Shown: in pieces, positions 15,006-35,232 of the stretch | Layout of the letters: each line of letters opens with the position of its first letter | Position numbering within the stretch: position 1 is the first letter of the stretch | Assembly (NCBI RefSeq): GCF_009914755.1 | Contig: NC_060941.1 | Direction: 5' to 3' (one strand) | DNA length: 64,000 nucleotides | From: the human T2T-CHM13v2.0 reference genome, Homo sapiens | Position numbers and translations under genes: made by a program | Notes under the pieces: model-generated | What the model was told of the DNA's origin: nothing | What the model saw: the letters and a program-made list of their open reading frames with translations, nothing else | The model's database searches: none

Positions 15006-16381
15006 CTCGTCTGACTGATGTTAGGCAACCTTGAATTGATGGTCTCCTGGTGAAATGAGGGTTCTTGTTGACAAGGCAGGTCTGGCCAACACATTTTTGT
15101 ATGATTATCTGCACGATTGCATCAGTTATTAGCAAAGAAGGATTTTATAGCAGCAGGTGTGTGCTCATGTGCTTGTGTGGAGTTGTTGATTGCCCTTCAC
15201 TGCACACACACAGTCTGCGGAACTGTGACTGAATCCCTGTTCCCTACTCACACTTACATGGTATTTTCTGGGATTCTAAGGCACATTCTTTTTTTCCTTT
15301 CCTTTTTTTCCATTTAACATCTTAAATTGGAATGTGTCGCACATTTGCGGATTATTATAATTTGACAGCGCCTTTTTCTTGGCATACTTGAAATAACGGT
15401 GCATTGTAAAATCAGAGGTGTCTCAGATTTAATGAAATAGAAACTAGGTAACCTCTGGGGAACTTATATAATTTGTCCAGTTCCTCCAAGGAAGCAGGTG
15501 GAGCCACCTTGTAGTGGTGGCAGATTATATGAGGGGACCCTGATGTGGTTCAAGGGGACAACCTTGGATTGGGCTTAGATTCCAGCTTTATGGCTCGCCA
15601 GCTGTGTGGCCTTGGCAAAGTAGAGCGACCTCTCTGAGCCTCGGGATTTTCCTCCCACCACATATGAATCGTGGCTCCACAGTTGTCATGGCTGTGTGCA
15701 AGGCAACATTCCCTGTTTCTCTTGCTGGGTATCATCTAAGGTCTGCCCCGTTCCATCTGGGTTAAGAGGGAAAATGAGGGCTGGGAGTGGGTCACTGGCC
15801 TTCCCAAGGGAGCAGAGGGAAACTGGTGTTCCAAGGGCTTCTTGACTCAGTTTATAATCCTTGGACATTACTCTTCTTCCCTCGTCCTTCTCCCCCTTTG
15901 CCTGAGTTTTCATTTTCACATGTGTTTCCTTTTAGCAATTTTCTTTCAAATCTCTCCTCTCCCTTTCTGTAAAGTCTTCCCACATGTAGCCTCTTTGAAG
16001 CTCCCTGGGGTGGGAAAGGGGAGGAGGGCTCTGCCTGATGGCCTGGATGGCACAGACCTCAGAAGCCCAGTGTGCTGTGGTCCCTGCAAGCTTCAGCTCA
16101 AGTCCAAGTTCTGGTACCATCAGCGTTGCTAACTGCCATTCCTGTGGCTGCAGGGTCAGCCTGAGTCCACTCCAGTGCACAGTGTTGTCCATGGGGTGCT
16201 GGATGTCGCATCGCTGAGAGCATTTGGTATTCTCTGTACCCTCCTTGCTGCGTTAAAATCAGACCTGGTTCAAATCCCAGCCCTGCGACCTTTCACGAAT
16301 TACTTAACCTCCTTGAACCTGTGTATTCTCATCTAAATAGTGGCTGATGCACAGAAATACCTGGCACACAATAGGTGCTTA

Positions 16382-16861
<480 letters not shown>

Positions 16862-18602
16862 TCAGGGGCCCCGTCCTTCAGGATGGCTGGGCTGCAGTGG
16901 GGTGAGGCAGGACGGAGAGAGAGGAGGAAGAGTGGTGGGGTGGGCACCCAGTCGGCACCTACAGGGGTGCACATGACAAGGCTGCACAGGGTCTGGCTGG
17001 AGCAGTACAGAGGGTTAGGTGTGGGCTGTTCATGGAAGTCGGGGCTGAGTTGGGGAGGCACCAGGAGACAGCCACATGGGGATGTCTGGGTGACAGTGGC
17101 CCCCAAGCAGGGGCTGAGTGTGCGCTGCTGGCTAGAGGGAGGCTTTAAGAGCAGGTGATGGTTTTAAACCTTGTTTTCCTTGGAGATCTTCTCTCTGCCC
17201 CCTCCCTCTTGAGATTCCAATGAAAGCCAGTAGCCCAACCTCCTCAGTTTTGTGTGTAGTGTCAGAGATTCGAAGCCCCCTCTTTGATGAGGTGGTGCTT
17301 ATGCCCCCTGTGCATAAGAAGCAGCATGTGCTGAGGCATTGGGGTGGGTAAAGGTGCCCAGGAGCCTGGGGTACTAGGGAAGGGGAGAGGCAGAGCATGT
17401 CCTGAGGCTGAGACCTGCTGGAAGGGGCTTTGCGAGCTGCTCTCAGGAGCTGGGCCTGGTTCTGTGGGCAGTGGGGAGCTCACAAGCTCTTAGAGGGGGT
17501 TCCCAATGGACTCCCTGGGAGGGAGAGTCTCCACCCCATGAGCCCCTAATGCCCTCTCACCTGTCCCCACTGCGAGAAAGCCTGCCCTGGCCGGAGGCCC
17601 TAAGCTGAGCTCTGGCCAGCTATGCTTGAGTGACACCCCCCAACCCCCCATGCAAGACAGCAGCTTCTGGAACACGAAGCTTGGGTAGCTGGGTCTAGCA
17701 AAGGCCACAGGACAAAGAGAGACACCTGAACTGAGCTTGCTGGGAAGACCATGGGGGCTATGTGCTGATGGGAGGTACCAGAAGATGGGGCAGGGAGGAG
17801 GAGAGGGTTATAAAAACCAAGGGCTCTGGCAGGAGGCCCTGCAGGGTTGGGAGGAGGAGAGTCACCCTGCTGACCCTGACCTGCCTGCTCCAGAAGGGCG
17901 GGTCACGTGGAGCCTTGGCCATTGGCTGTGGGTAAACATCGGTGCTCTGCTGGCTGTTCAAGGCCTGAGGGTTCTGTGGCAGAGGAGGAGCTGGGTGGGA
18001 ACCCACCCTGGCTTTGGACCGTGGGTCAGCTCCATCCAGGCATGCTCTCCTTGAGTTGGATAGTGGCCTCTCTCTGGAAAGTTCCATGTCACCTCTTTGG
18101 AGGGTGCTCCCCTGAAAATGTAGCCTGACCTACCCGGTGGACTCTACGAGAAGAAAGAGCTGGCCTGAGCCACTGTTTTCCCTCCCAAACCTTCACTTTG
18201 AGTGAAGTGTTTTTATCATCGCTCCTCTTATCATGATGGTAAAGTATGGAGCCCCCAAAGCAAGCCCCACAGACTCTTGGTTGTGTGAGTAATTAAGCCC
18301 TCTCTTCAAAAAGCCACATCTTGAAAAGCTATAATTTGTAGCAAAAAATAGCTGCCCGTTCCAAGAACCAGGAGAGCCCTTTATACGCACCCCATTCAAC
18401 TGCAGCACGTTACTTCGCTTTTGAGTTGAGTTGCTGGGACCTCTGGTCCATGCTTTTCTTGGGGGAACCAGAGATGCAGCGGCTGCATGGGAACTGGAGC
18501 TTCCGGTAGGCATTTGGGAAATCTTTTCTGAGAATTTAGATGGGACGATTTAAATTAGGGAACTCCTGATTTGGGTTTGCATGGCCCCAACTTTTTGTGT
18601 GA

Positions 18603-19000
<398 letters not shown>

Positions 19001-20087
19001 ACATTTCCCCATCTATAAGGAGGAAAATGATAATTACTTGCAGGGAGTTTACCACCTCTGTAAAGCACAGAGCAGACTGGCCACATGGTAGGCGCCCTAG
19101 TATGTCAACTTTGTTCTCTTTCTCTGAGTTGTGGCTCCACTAGCTATTTGTAGACAGGAGATCTTTGTGGCTTCAGGTAGGTGATGGGGGACTGAAAGCT
19201 AAGAGGAAAAGCCTCCCCTGACCTGCAGCTTCTCTTTGAGCTGGCATGCCTGGAATTCTTGGGGCTGGCTGCTGGGTTTGTTTTCCAGATGTGGAAGCAA
19301 TTTAAGTTCTGTTTTCTTAATCCCCAACAGTTTGCCTCCGAAGTCCACATTCTCATTTGAAAATCAAGGCCGTTGGCTCTGTTTGCAGGGCAGAGGGTAG
19401 GCTAGATAGCCTCTTCAAACCCTTTTTGTTTAGGAAATGGGCTTACTGGGGCACTCAGATCTGGGACCCAGGGCATTCTTGGGACAGTCACACCCCATCC
19501 AGGACTTGGTTAAAAGGTGAGTTCACTTTCTCTGTGGGTTTTCCTTGGAGATGATTCACTGAGCTAAATTCAGCTGCACCTTGGTTACAAACCAGCTCTA
19601 GACCGCTGTGGAGTGGCGGGGGTGGGGCTCGGGTTTGGGCCATGTCACAGGCCAGCTGGCGTCCCTCTGAGCAGGGTGCCCACGTGTCCCGGGGGCAGTA
19701 GCGGCCCTCCTTCCCACACTGACCACAACAGAAGGAGGAAAATGCTCCAGATGTCAAGTAGCCAGAAATACTGTCTGGCACGGAGAAACTGGTAATATCT
19801 TGTTCAGTTACTGAGCGCTGCTGGTCACAGAGGCAGCCTGACCCAGGATAAAAGGCTCCTTGTGTGAGGGCCTGTGGCTCCAGGGCTAACTGCTGATTTA
19901 TTCTCTTGTAAAGCAATCGCTGTGTAGGTAAAATACCTTTTACATTTGTCTTATAACTATACTAAATACAGTTTTGGGCAAACAAAAATTGCCTTTGCAA
20001 TTCTAACGTCTCTGAACTGTGCATATGCTTCTCTGAAATTGAAATAGAATACTTATACTACTGAGAGAATGCACAAGAAAATGGAAG

Positions 20088-20400
<313 letters not shown>

Positions 20401-20609
20401 TTAGATTGGCATATAGTGTTTATAGAATGCCATCCTGATAATCATAGATTCACCAAGCTTTGATTTCAACAAAATATCATCTCTTAAGAAGTAGCAGTAT
20501 TTCAAACTAATCGTGAAAGAGAATAAGAGAATACAACTTTTTTTTTTTTTTTAGGACAGACCAAAAATAAATCCCTGAGTCTCTTGAGTAGGTTCTGGAA
20601 ATCCAGTTA

Positions 20610-21629
<1,020 letters not shown>

Positions 21630-21643
21630 TTAAAGGTTGAATT

Positions 21644-22795
<1,152 letters not shown>

Positions 22796-23199
22796 AAAAG
22801 GGTCTTGGGAACCTCCTTCAAGGGAAGGGGGAAGAGGAAGAGGAGGGTGGGCAAAGCCTGGCAGAGTAGAGGGGAGGCAGTTCTGCTTTCAGGCAAAGGC
22901 CCATGGGTGAGGGACCCCCTGGGGATGGCTCTTGACCACCTGCTCTATTTGGAAACATTTCTAGGACTGTTATGACTGTGAATGGTCTTTTAGAGGCCGG
23001 ATCATTCTTATGACCTCAGCCATCCATTGCCGCTTGATCTGATCATTTGAAACCAAGACTGCTCGTCGTTCTGTTCTCATTTCATCCTTGAAGCTCATGT
23101 TGGTCTGTTCGGGCTCCAGTTTCTGTGGACTCTACCCGCTAGGATAGTATTCTTTCAGGATGGCTTCACTTTTTCATATTCTTTTAAGTAGAGCCAGAC

Positions 23200-23918
<719 letters not shown>

Positions 23919-24737
23919 GTAACTTTCAAATGAACCAAGTTTCTTTTCAAATGAGCCATTTGAAAAGAAATTAGACTAAATATTATCAAAACTAAGGACA
24001 TTTTCCTTCACAACTATATGCCATTAACACACCTGACAAAATTAAGCATAATTCCCTAATATCACCCAATATCTACTCCAGATTCCATCCTCCTTGTTTA
24101 TCCTCAAAAGGTCTTTTACAGCTGGTGGTGGTTTGTTTGTTTGATCTGGGATCTAATCAAGGATAATATTCGGTTTCTATGTCTCTCAGTTAATCTAGAA
24201 CAGTGGTTTGCAAAGTGTGGTCCTGGGACAAGTGGCATCCGCATCACCCGAGAACTTGTTAGAAATGCGTTTTCTTCCAGCCTGCCTCAACCTTTAGAAA
24301 TGCATCTTCCCTGTGGTGATGTGTAACTTCTATCCCATTTTTCCGTTTGGTAGAAGTTAGATCCTAAGGCTTGATTTGAATTGAGTTAAATACTTAGTTA
24401 AGCCCACACTATAGGTGATGCTGTGTACCTCTTAGGCATCGCGTTGGGAGGCCAGCGCCTGGTTCTTTCCAATTAGTGATGCTAAATTTGATCTCTGCAT
24501 TAAAGGGACAGTAGTCTGTGTTCTCCCTGGTAGAGGTATGTGGGGTGCTTTGGTGTTTTGCAGCAATCTGTAGGGTGATTCTTCGGTATTGTGCAAGTAT
24601 CTAGTTTTTCATTAGCCTTTAATCTACTGGTGTTATTCTGCAGTTGTTGAGTGTAGTGTTCTGTATGTATCAGTCTGGAGTTTGTGTTGTTCTGGTCTTC
24701 TGTGTCCTCTCTAATTCTCTTGTTTGCTTATTCCATC

Positions 24738-25155
24738 AGTAATAATAATAATATATAATAATTATTATATATTAATATATAATTATTATATAATAATATA
24801 TAATAATTATTATAACATATAATAATAATTATTATATATAATATATAATTATTATATATAATATTTATAATTAAATATTATATATAATTAAATATATATA
24901 TATTATATATATATATTATATATTATTATATATAATATAATATATATATAATATATATATATTATATATTATATATAATATAATAATTATATATTATATA
25001 TAATTATTATATATTATATATAATAATAATTATAATATATAATAATATATAATAATAATTATATATTATATAATAATAATTATATATAATATATAATAAT
25101 TATATAATAATAATTATATATAATATATTAATAATATTATTATTACTATTATTAA
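24738..25155. repeat. ~410-bp almost pure AT low-complexity repeat (TA/TAA units)
   Basis: Read directly; only isolated C/G bases. Confidence 0.97.
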
Positions 25156-25415
25156 AGACAGAATCTTGAGCTCTGTCACCCAGGTGCAATCATAGCTCAC
25201 TGTATCCTCGAACTCGTGGCCTCAAGCAATCCTTTGGCCTCAGCCTCCCGAGTAGCTGAGATTACAGGCATGCACCACCTGGCTATTCTTTTTTACTTTT
25301 TTTTTTTTTTTGTAGAGATGGAGTCTCATTATGTTTCCCAGGCTGGCCTGGAGCTCCTGGCCACCTGCCTTGGCCTCCCAAAGTGCTGGCATTACAGGTG
25401 TGAGCCACGTTCAGC
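25156..25415 (-). mobile_element. Old (AluJ-like) Alu whose tail is the AT tract
   Basis: Alu body; TSD ttccatcagt at 24731-24740 and 25419-25428. Confidence 0.85.
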
Positions 25416-25674
25416 ATGTTCCATCAGTTTCTGAGAGAGGTGAATTAACAGCTCCCACTTCCCATTCTGTTAAGTTTTGCTTTATGTTTTGAGACTGTTA
25501 GATGCATAGATATAAAAGTGTTACATCTTGTTAAATTTCAATTGTGTTTCTTGTAAGTGGTATGTAGTTGTTTTTAATTTACTCTGACAATATTGATCTT
25601 TTAATAGGATTATTTACTCAGTTTTCTTTAAAAGTATTACTGATGTGGTAGAGTTTTAATCCTACATAATCTTT

Positions 25675-27025
<1,351 letters not shown>

Positions 27026-27069
27026 TTTGGGTGATTCAAGCATTTTTTTATTCCTTCATTTCTCTCATC

Positions 27070-27546
27070 TATTATTATTATTACTATTATTTTAAGATAT
27101 AGGGTCTCACCATGTTGCCCAGGTAGGCCTTGAACTCCTAGGTTCAAGCAGTCCTCCTGCCTCAGCCTCCCAGATAGTTGGGGATACAGCCATGCACTGC
27201 CATGCCTGGCTTAGATTTTTAGTAATATGTTTTGTTTTATTTTATTTTATTTTATTTTAACTAATTTATTTTTAGACAGGGTCTCACTCCCGTTGCCCAG
27301 GCTGGAGTGCAGTGGCACCATCACAGCCTCGACTTCCTGGGCTCAGGTGATTCTCTATCCTCAGCCTCTCAAGTAGTTGGGACAACAGGCATGCGCCACC
27401 ACACCTGGCTAACTTTTTGTATTTTTTGTAGAGATAGGGTTTCACCATGTTTCCTATGCTAGTTTCAAACTCCTGGGCTCAAGTGATCCAGCCACTTCAG
27501 CCTCCCAAAGTGCTGGGATTACAGGTGTGAGCCACTGTGCCCGGCC
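27070..27546 (-). mobile_element. Alu monomer + AluJ in tandem
   Basis: Alu consensus. Confidence 0.85.
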
Positions 27547-30500
27547 CGTTTTTAACTCCCAACCTTTGACATGCTCACTTGTTATTGGAACGGAAGTGGC
27601 ACAGTGGGGAGAGAGGAGTGAGAACGTCTCCCCACAGTGGATGGCTCAGCTGTTCGGGATGTTTCCAGTGGGATCACACCATGGTCCAGGGTCTGGTCTG
27701 CATCCTAATGGGCTTGAAAACCAGATCTTACTGGCTTTTCCCACACCCCACAACTTGAGTCCGCTCATGCTCACTGATTGTTCCTAAATGGACCTGCAGA
27801 GCCAGTGGATCCCCTTGTGGTGAGAAATGCACTCACATGAGCTTGGGCAGCCCTTCTCTCCTGTCTGTCAGCAGGCTCCTGGGAGTGGGTGCTACGTGAA
27901 CTTGGACACAGGGGCCAAGGGCTGGACAGGTGTGGAATGTTGAGCCAGGCCCCACCGCCTTTGGGGCAGGCTGGATGTGCTGGCCAGCCAGACCTGACAC
28001 CTCTGGCCAGTGCCTGGGTGCACGCGGCCCGGGTCGGCCTCAGACCCTCCCTCTTGGTGCTTCCCAGGAGACCACTCGCTTAGCCCCTCCCTGAGGACAG
28101 GCTCTGTCTTTAGATCCCTTAGTACTTCAGTCCCTCTGCTCAGCCTCAGGAAATGTGTGCATCTCTCTTAGTTGAGCTCCCAGGAGGTTATCTGACATCT
28201 CTCATTTCTGAGTCTTTCTGGGAGCCTCAGCACACACCCCGCTTCCTCTCTGTGGGCTCCTCTGACGCTGCCTTATCAGCAGTGTGTGTGTTGGGGTGAG
28301 GTTGTGAGATCGGAGAGAGAGACAGCTCAAGAGTTGTGATGAAAACACTGAAAGAAAGGCAGTGTGGGCTTCAGCAGCCCTTCCTCGGTGATGTTTGTGC
28401 AGCAGCAGAACTTGTTGAGTGACCGCCTTTGCTTTATGTAAATGTCATCAGTTCTGGAGAAACACAAGCATGGCTTTCGCTTTCTTTTCTGTTCAGCACC
28501 AACCTGAGGTTCCACAGCCAGTGTGTGCCAGATCCAGAACTGAACCAAATCTGCCCAAGAGCCTCAGTCTCCCCATCTTCAAGCCCAGGAGTTTGAAACC
28601 AGCACAGGAAACGTGGTGAAACCCTGTCTCTACAAAAAATCTGTAAAATAGGGTGATTTATTACCTCCCTCTGGGGGTGATGCAAGAAGCCTGCTTGCTT
28701 TCTCATGTGAAATGAATGAGCACCTGAGGAACCCCAGTTGTCCCGGTTGCCCCTGCTCCTGGGGTCTGCAGGCCCACCTTAGGATGGAAGTGGAGCGCAG
28801 CAACCAGGTGTCTACACAAGATCCACTCCTAGAAGCTGCAGGGCGGGAGCAGTGGGCCCTGCTGAGGGGTGGTCTTGAGCTCCTGGCCACACCCTTTCTG
28901 GGGTGAGTTTCAGGAGGTGGATCCGGGGCCCCCGGCTGGGAGAAGAGAGTCTGGAAGCTGCCCTGCCTTGGCTGCCATCCCCTGGGAGGGAGTTTAGCTG
29001 GAGGAATGGGGCACTGGGTCCCTCCCTGACACCCCGGGGCCTCTGAGCCACTCTGGGGATGGAACGTAGCAGTGCAGCATTTCTTCCTGATCAGAGCGGG
29101 AAGCTCTGGGCTGCAGAGCTTTGATCTCACAGTATGTGGTCAGTCCCCGGGGCTGGCTGAGGTGTGGGATGATCCCTCGTGACCTGGCGACCTGGTGCTC
29201 CCATGCTTACCCCTGGCTCTGTTGGGGTGAGCCGAGGCCTCATGTCTGAGCTGAGATTGCTTGTTGTTCAGAAGGCAAGGCCGAGGCACTGCCTCTGGGT
29301 GGATGCTTGAACCCCCTTTATCCCACCCTTGCCTTGGCTGGTGCCTGGGCAACTCTCTGTTGAACCAAAACCTCTTATCAGCAACTGATAAGTACCCAGC
29401 CTTGCATCTGCAGAGCAAGGCCTGACCCAGAGCCAGGGTTGGCAGCTGCAGCAGGAGTCCGTTACAGCCAAGATTGCGTACCAGTCTCTGCGGCCACCAC
29501 CTTTTCATGATGAGAGCAGCCAAGCCACAGTGGGGTGTGGAAGACCCCAGCCCTAGCAATCACATCCCTTCCCTGTGGACCTGGGGACATTGGCACCTAT
29601 GAGTTAGCTCAGTAAGCTGAATTTCCTGCTGCCCATAGGAAGGACCCCGTGAGACCTTGACCTGGCCCATCTCGTTCCAGAGCTGTTGGTTGGCTGGGAG
29701 TGGGGTGAGAGATTCATCACAGGCCTAGCCCTGGCAACCGCTGGACTCCCCTACACTAGGCTTAGTGTGTGTCCACCCCCACCGCACACATGCACACCTT
29801 CCCAGCGGCAGCGCTGCACGTGTGCCTGCTGGTGCCTTGCTGCAAGGGAAGTGGGCATGTGCCCGCCCAAGCTATTTTTACCCTGCCTTGTCCCCACAGA
29901 GCTGTTCTTTGGCTCTGAGTTAGTGCCTGGGGAATGAGGCCGTTGCCAGGGCTGGGGGTGGATGAGCTGGAACCTCGGAGCTTCTTGGACTCCCTTCCCC
30001 AGGCAGCATCTCATCTTAATGCTTACTAAAGGGTGTGACTCGTGTGCAGGGCGACCTTCCATAAGAGTGGGCAGGAGAGGACCCTGGTGGGGAGAAAGAG
30101 GCACTGATGTTTGGAGGGCAGGCTCTGGAACCTGCAGGTCTGGCTTCCTGAAGCCAAAAAAACCCAGCCGAGCTGCAGCCCAGTGAGCCACGGTGGGTAG
30201 AGGGAGAGGTCCCAGGGGCTGGATGGGAGCCAGGAGGCCAGGAGGTACCCTGGATTGTTTTCCTTCAACACAATGACGACAATAGTAGTTCAGTTTTGGG
30301 GTGTGGTGGTGTGTACCTGTAGTCCTAGCTGCTTGGGAGGCTGAGCTGGGAGGATCACTTGAGTCCTGGGAGTTTGAAGCTGCAGTGAGCTGTGATTGCG
30401 CCACTGCATTCCAAGGGTTTTTTTGTTTTTGTTGTTGTTTTTGTGTTTTTGTTTTGTTTTGTTTTGTTTTCTGAGCACTTTCTGTGTGTGCTAAGACCAT

Positions 30501-33500
30501 AAAGTGCTTAGGATGTGTAGCAGCTCATTTAATCCTAATCACAGTTAACTCCATTTTATAGATGGGGAAACTAAGGCACTGAGCAGTTCAGTAACCCTGA
30601 AGCTGCAGAGCTCATGAATGGTGAATGGTGGAGCAGGGCTCTGGCCTGGCCGTCTACTCCAGAGCTTGTCCTTAACGCCGCCCCGCGCCTCCTTTTGCCG
30701 TGTGTTCCGCGCCCTCATGACACAAGGCATTGTCCTAGTTCCCTGTGGCAGCCTGCCAGGCAGGTGGTTCCCTCCCCGTGTTTACATCAGGCCCAGAAAT
30801 TAAACAGCTGATCCAGCATCAGACAGTCAGGCAGTGACCACACCAGAGTCGGCACCCAGGTCTCAGGGTCCTGTGGCTGTGCTGTTCCCAGCTCATCATA
30901 CTGCAGTACAGTATGGTTCCACCACCTGCCATGTGCTCTCTACAGTGCTAACCACTGGGGTTCTGACATGTAAATCCCCATAGCTACCCACTTAGGGTCC
31001 TTGCTCTCACAGGGAAGGTGGACATGTGGTCACTTGGGGTCCATGTACTCTGTGTGTCAGCTCAGGGAAACGCAGGGTGCTGGCGTGTGCCTGTGAGGTG
31101 GCTCCCCATGGGGGAGGTGGGGAGGGAGAGGACCAGATGCTGCATCCGCTCTGAGAGTGTGGACAGTGTGGCATTGTTGGCCACTCTGAGGCTGGGACGG
31201 CCCCCACGTGTATTGATACTTGGCCTTTTCAGCAGCCCTGAATTCATCCCTTGCCAACTTCCTACAAAAGAAGGGGTGACTTGGGGCCTGCTGGCAGGCG
31301 AACACGGCTCTCAAGACTGGAGAGGGCCCCACGGCAGGCTGTGTGCCTCTAGGTTCCCACTCCCTGCTGGGGACAGGGTGGGACAGTGGGACAGCGAGGT
31401 AGGGGTGCAGGGGATGCAGACCTGCCCTGCCAGAGTGGCTGGCTGGATCCTGTTCTCCAGCTCTCTCCAGAATGCCCTGGCCTCAGGTAATTCCTCAGCT
31501 TGGCTTCTCTGAGGAGGGTGGGCGTCCCTCCTGGCTGCTCGTCTGTCCAGGACATTGCTGGCTGACCAGCCGGGGACCCATGGCTGTAGGAATAGCTCAC
31601 CCTCTGTTGCCTGTAGCCCCTCGTGAGGCCAGGTCAGAATTTACGGCTCCTACCGTGACCGACTCTCCGGTGTAAATTGTCACGTGTGGCCCCCTAGAGC
31701 TGCCACTGAGGTGGAGTTGACTGGCCCCATTCTGTAGGTGAGGAGCCAGGTGCTCACAAAGGTGGTCACTTGTCCAAGGTCACATGGCTTGTAAGTGGCT
31801 GGGCCAGCAGGGCCGGAAACCCAGACTGCTAGGCCCCAGAGCTGAGCCCTCACCCAAGCCCACCCCCAGGGGCCTCCTGGGGCTTCTGGAGGAACACGCT
31901 GCTGCATCCGCTCTCTCCCTTCACCCCGGGGTCCGCTGGCAGGTGGAAGAAAGCCTGGGGTGGTGTGGCCATGTACCAGCCAAGCCTGTGGGCCTATGGT
32001 GGCTGGCCCTGTGTCCCAGGGTACAGGGAGCTGTGAGCTCAGGGCTGGCTCTGGGTCTTGAGGGACAGAGCCCTGGCAAGTCAGACTGTGCCAGAGACGA
32101 TGCCCGGTGCTGCCTCCTGAGGATACCACACTGTCCCTTCCCCAAAGGCCCCCAAAAGAGCAGACACAGCCTTTCTGTGCAAACCCTGGGAACACCAGGC
32201 CAAGCTCCAGGCCTGGACATGTGTAGGGTCCCTGGGTGGTGACTGGACGGCCGTGTGTGGACTCCTTTTTCACACAGCAGGCGGGAATGGGCAGGAAACC
32301 GGGGCTCTGAGAGGCAGTCTTGGAAGCTGCCCTGGGCACAGACCTTACTTGCTGACCCCGGCCACCTAGAAACATGAGCTCTGGGGAGGCCCTGTCCCTG
32401 CCCCACCACTCCTGCCAGCCCTCCAGAGCCAGGCTTGGGTGGGCGCCTCTGTGGTGAGGATGTAGACCGTGCAGCTGGGGTGAGCGGGCAGCTCTCTGGG
32501 CATCCTGACGAGCATAGTGCGGTGAGGTGGGGTGATGGTATCCTCTCCCATGACCCCCAGTCTACTTGGAAGTATGCTCAACAGGGGGCTCCGCGTGATT
32601 CTTACCTGCAGGCAGCCTGGCCGGAGAGGAACCCACCGCCTCCAGAAGTCTGTGACCCCCAGGCCATCTGGAAACCTTATGAGGGCAATGTTTTTATTAT
32701 GGCCAAGTTCTTCCTTTTCCTCTGCAACTTTATCTAAAAAACATACAAAAGGGAAATTGGCCAAGAAGAGTCCTAGTATGCTTGACTCCGAGTTCTCCCA
32801 GCCCATGAATGGTGGCTCAAGGAGAGAGAAGAGGCTGCGTTCTGGCACCTTCCAGCATCTCCCCTCCAGGCCGGCGGGAGAAGGAGCAAGGGCTTCCACC
32901 AGACCCTTCCCCAGAGGGCCGGGGAAACAAGAGCTGGGGCTGGGGACTTTGGCCCTCAGGGAGGAGCAAGGGTGACCATGGCAAATACCAAACCAAGGGG
33001 ATCTTGGGACAGGCATAAACCAGTACTGTCCTGGGCTAACCAAGGCGTGCAGTAAACTGTCTTTATTATATTTGAATTTAGGGGGCAAACTACTAGAAAT
33101 GGTTTTAAAGTTATAATTAAAATTTCCGATTGCCTTGGACAAACAACTGTGGGTTGAATGAAAAAGTATTAATGTTGGGAATAGCCATTTTTAAGAGAAA
33201 AAGCTGGAGAGAGTGTGTGCGCATGTGTGGCCAGGCAGGTGAGGACTTGGTGTGTCAGCCGGGTGTCAGGTCCCTGCAGGCCCTCTGTGAACTGCAAGGT
33301 TCCAGGGCAGCCACTCTCCCACTCTGAGCCTCATCTTCCCCAGGTGTCAGACGGAGCTGATGAATCCCAGATCTCTGCCCTGTCTACCCCAGGCAGCTCG
33401 CACGGGGCTGTTGTGAGGGATGGGGTGTGTGAGACAGGCGAGGAGCTTGCTGAAGGGCTGGGCAGATGTGGACTCTGCTTAGTCCAAGGCTGAAAGCCTG

Positions 33501-34540
33501 CCCGAGGAGGTGGTGGTCTTCTTTGGAGGGTGGGAACCTGGTGCCCCTGCTTCTGCCCTGCCTGTGCCTGAGCCAAGCCATTTGAGGCTGCTCTCTCCAC
33601 CCGGTCAGGGGCTTGGGCCAGCTGCTGGGAGTATCAGGACGCTGCTGTAGATGTTGGGTGAGAGGGCCCGGTGGTTCCACCTGCATGTCATGAGCCAGGT
33701 GTTAGTGGGGCAGTGCCCGGCACACACTCGGCCTCTGTGTCCTCGTGTCAGTGGCCAGAGGCCACGTCAGACACCTGAGGAGCAAGGACGCTGATCTGCA
33801 CTGGGCCCTCTGCCTGCCTCTGGGAGCTGGTGGGCCATAGCCTCCCCAGGATGTGGCTGTAGGGGGAAGGTGGGTGTTGGGGAAACAGAATCATGTCCGG
33901 ACCCGGCTGTAAACTCCCACATGGCCCCAGGCAAGACCCTTCACCTACAGAAAGGGGAAAAGAGGCTCAGCTCATCGGGCTGCGGTGAAGTCCAGAAGAA
34001 ACACCATTGCCAAGTTGCTGAGCTCTCACATGAGCCACAGGGCGGGCATTCCCAGCAAGGGGGAACTCTCGCTACCCGTGTGGCCAGGAAGGTGAAAAGT
34101 TTGCAGTTCTTCCTGGCCAGGTGAAAGAACAGACCAGGCGCATTGTCCTCTGAGAGCCCCAGGTCTCTTCTGGTCTCCCTCCTGCCTTGTTTCTCTTAGG
34201 TGTCCCCGCACTAACCTGCAGTGTCCTGTGAGGGCGTTAAGTGGATGGACGTGGAAGTTGCTGCGTTAGGCGGCATGCTAAGGAGTCATAATTAGTCACA
34301 TGTCCCTATAAAATGTGCTCTCCTTGTTGTCACCATGAGGTTTGAAAATCCACAAAGTGTGGGAGGTGTCAAGGATAAATGGAATCAAGTGTGTGGATGC
34401 AAAGGCAGGCGGGGTGGGGGGCCCTGCCCTGCCCTGCCCTGCCCTCTGGCTGGAGGACTTCTGATGCGCTACTCTTTGAGCCTCTGTTTCCCCATCAGTA
34501 AAATGGGGATAATGATCACTGCCCTGAAGAGCTGTCATGA

Positions 34541-35232
<692 letters not shown>

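Noticed and set aside
29751-33142. ORFs of 231-258 aa on the minus strand
   Set aside because: No recognisable domain, partly Alu or microsatellite-derived, and no coherent exon structure.
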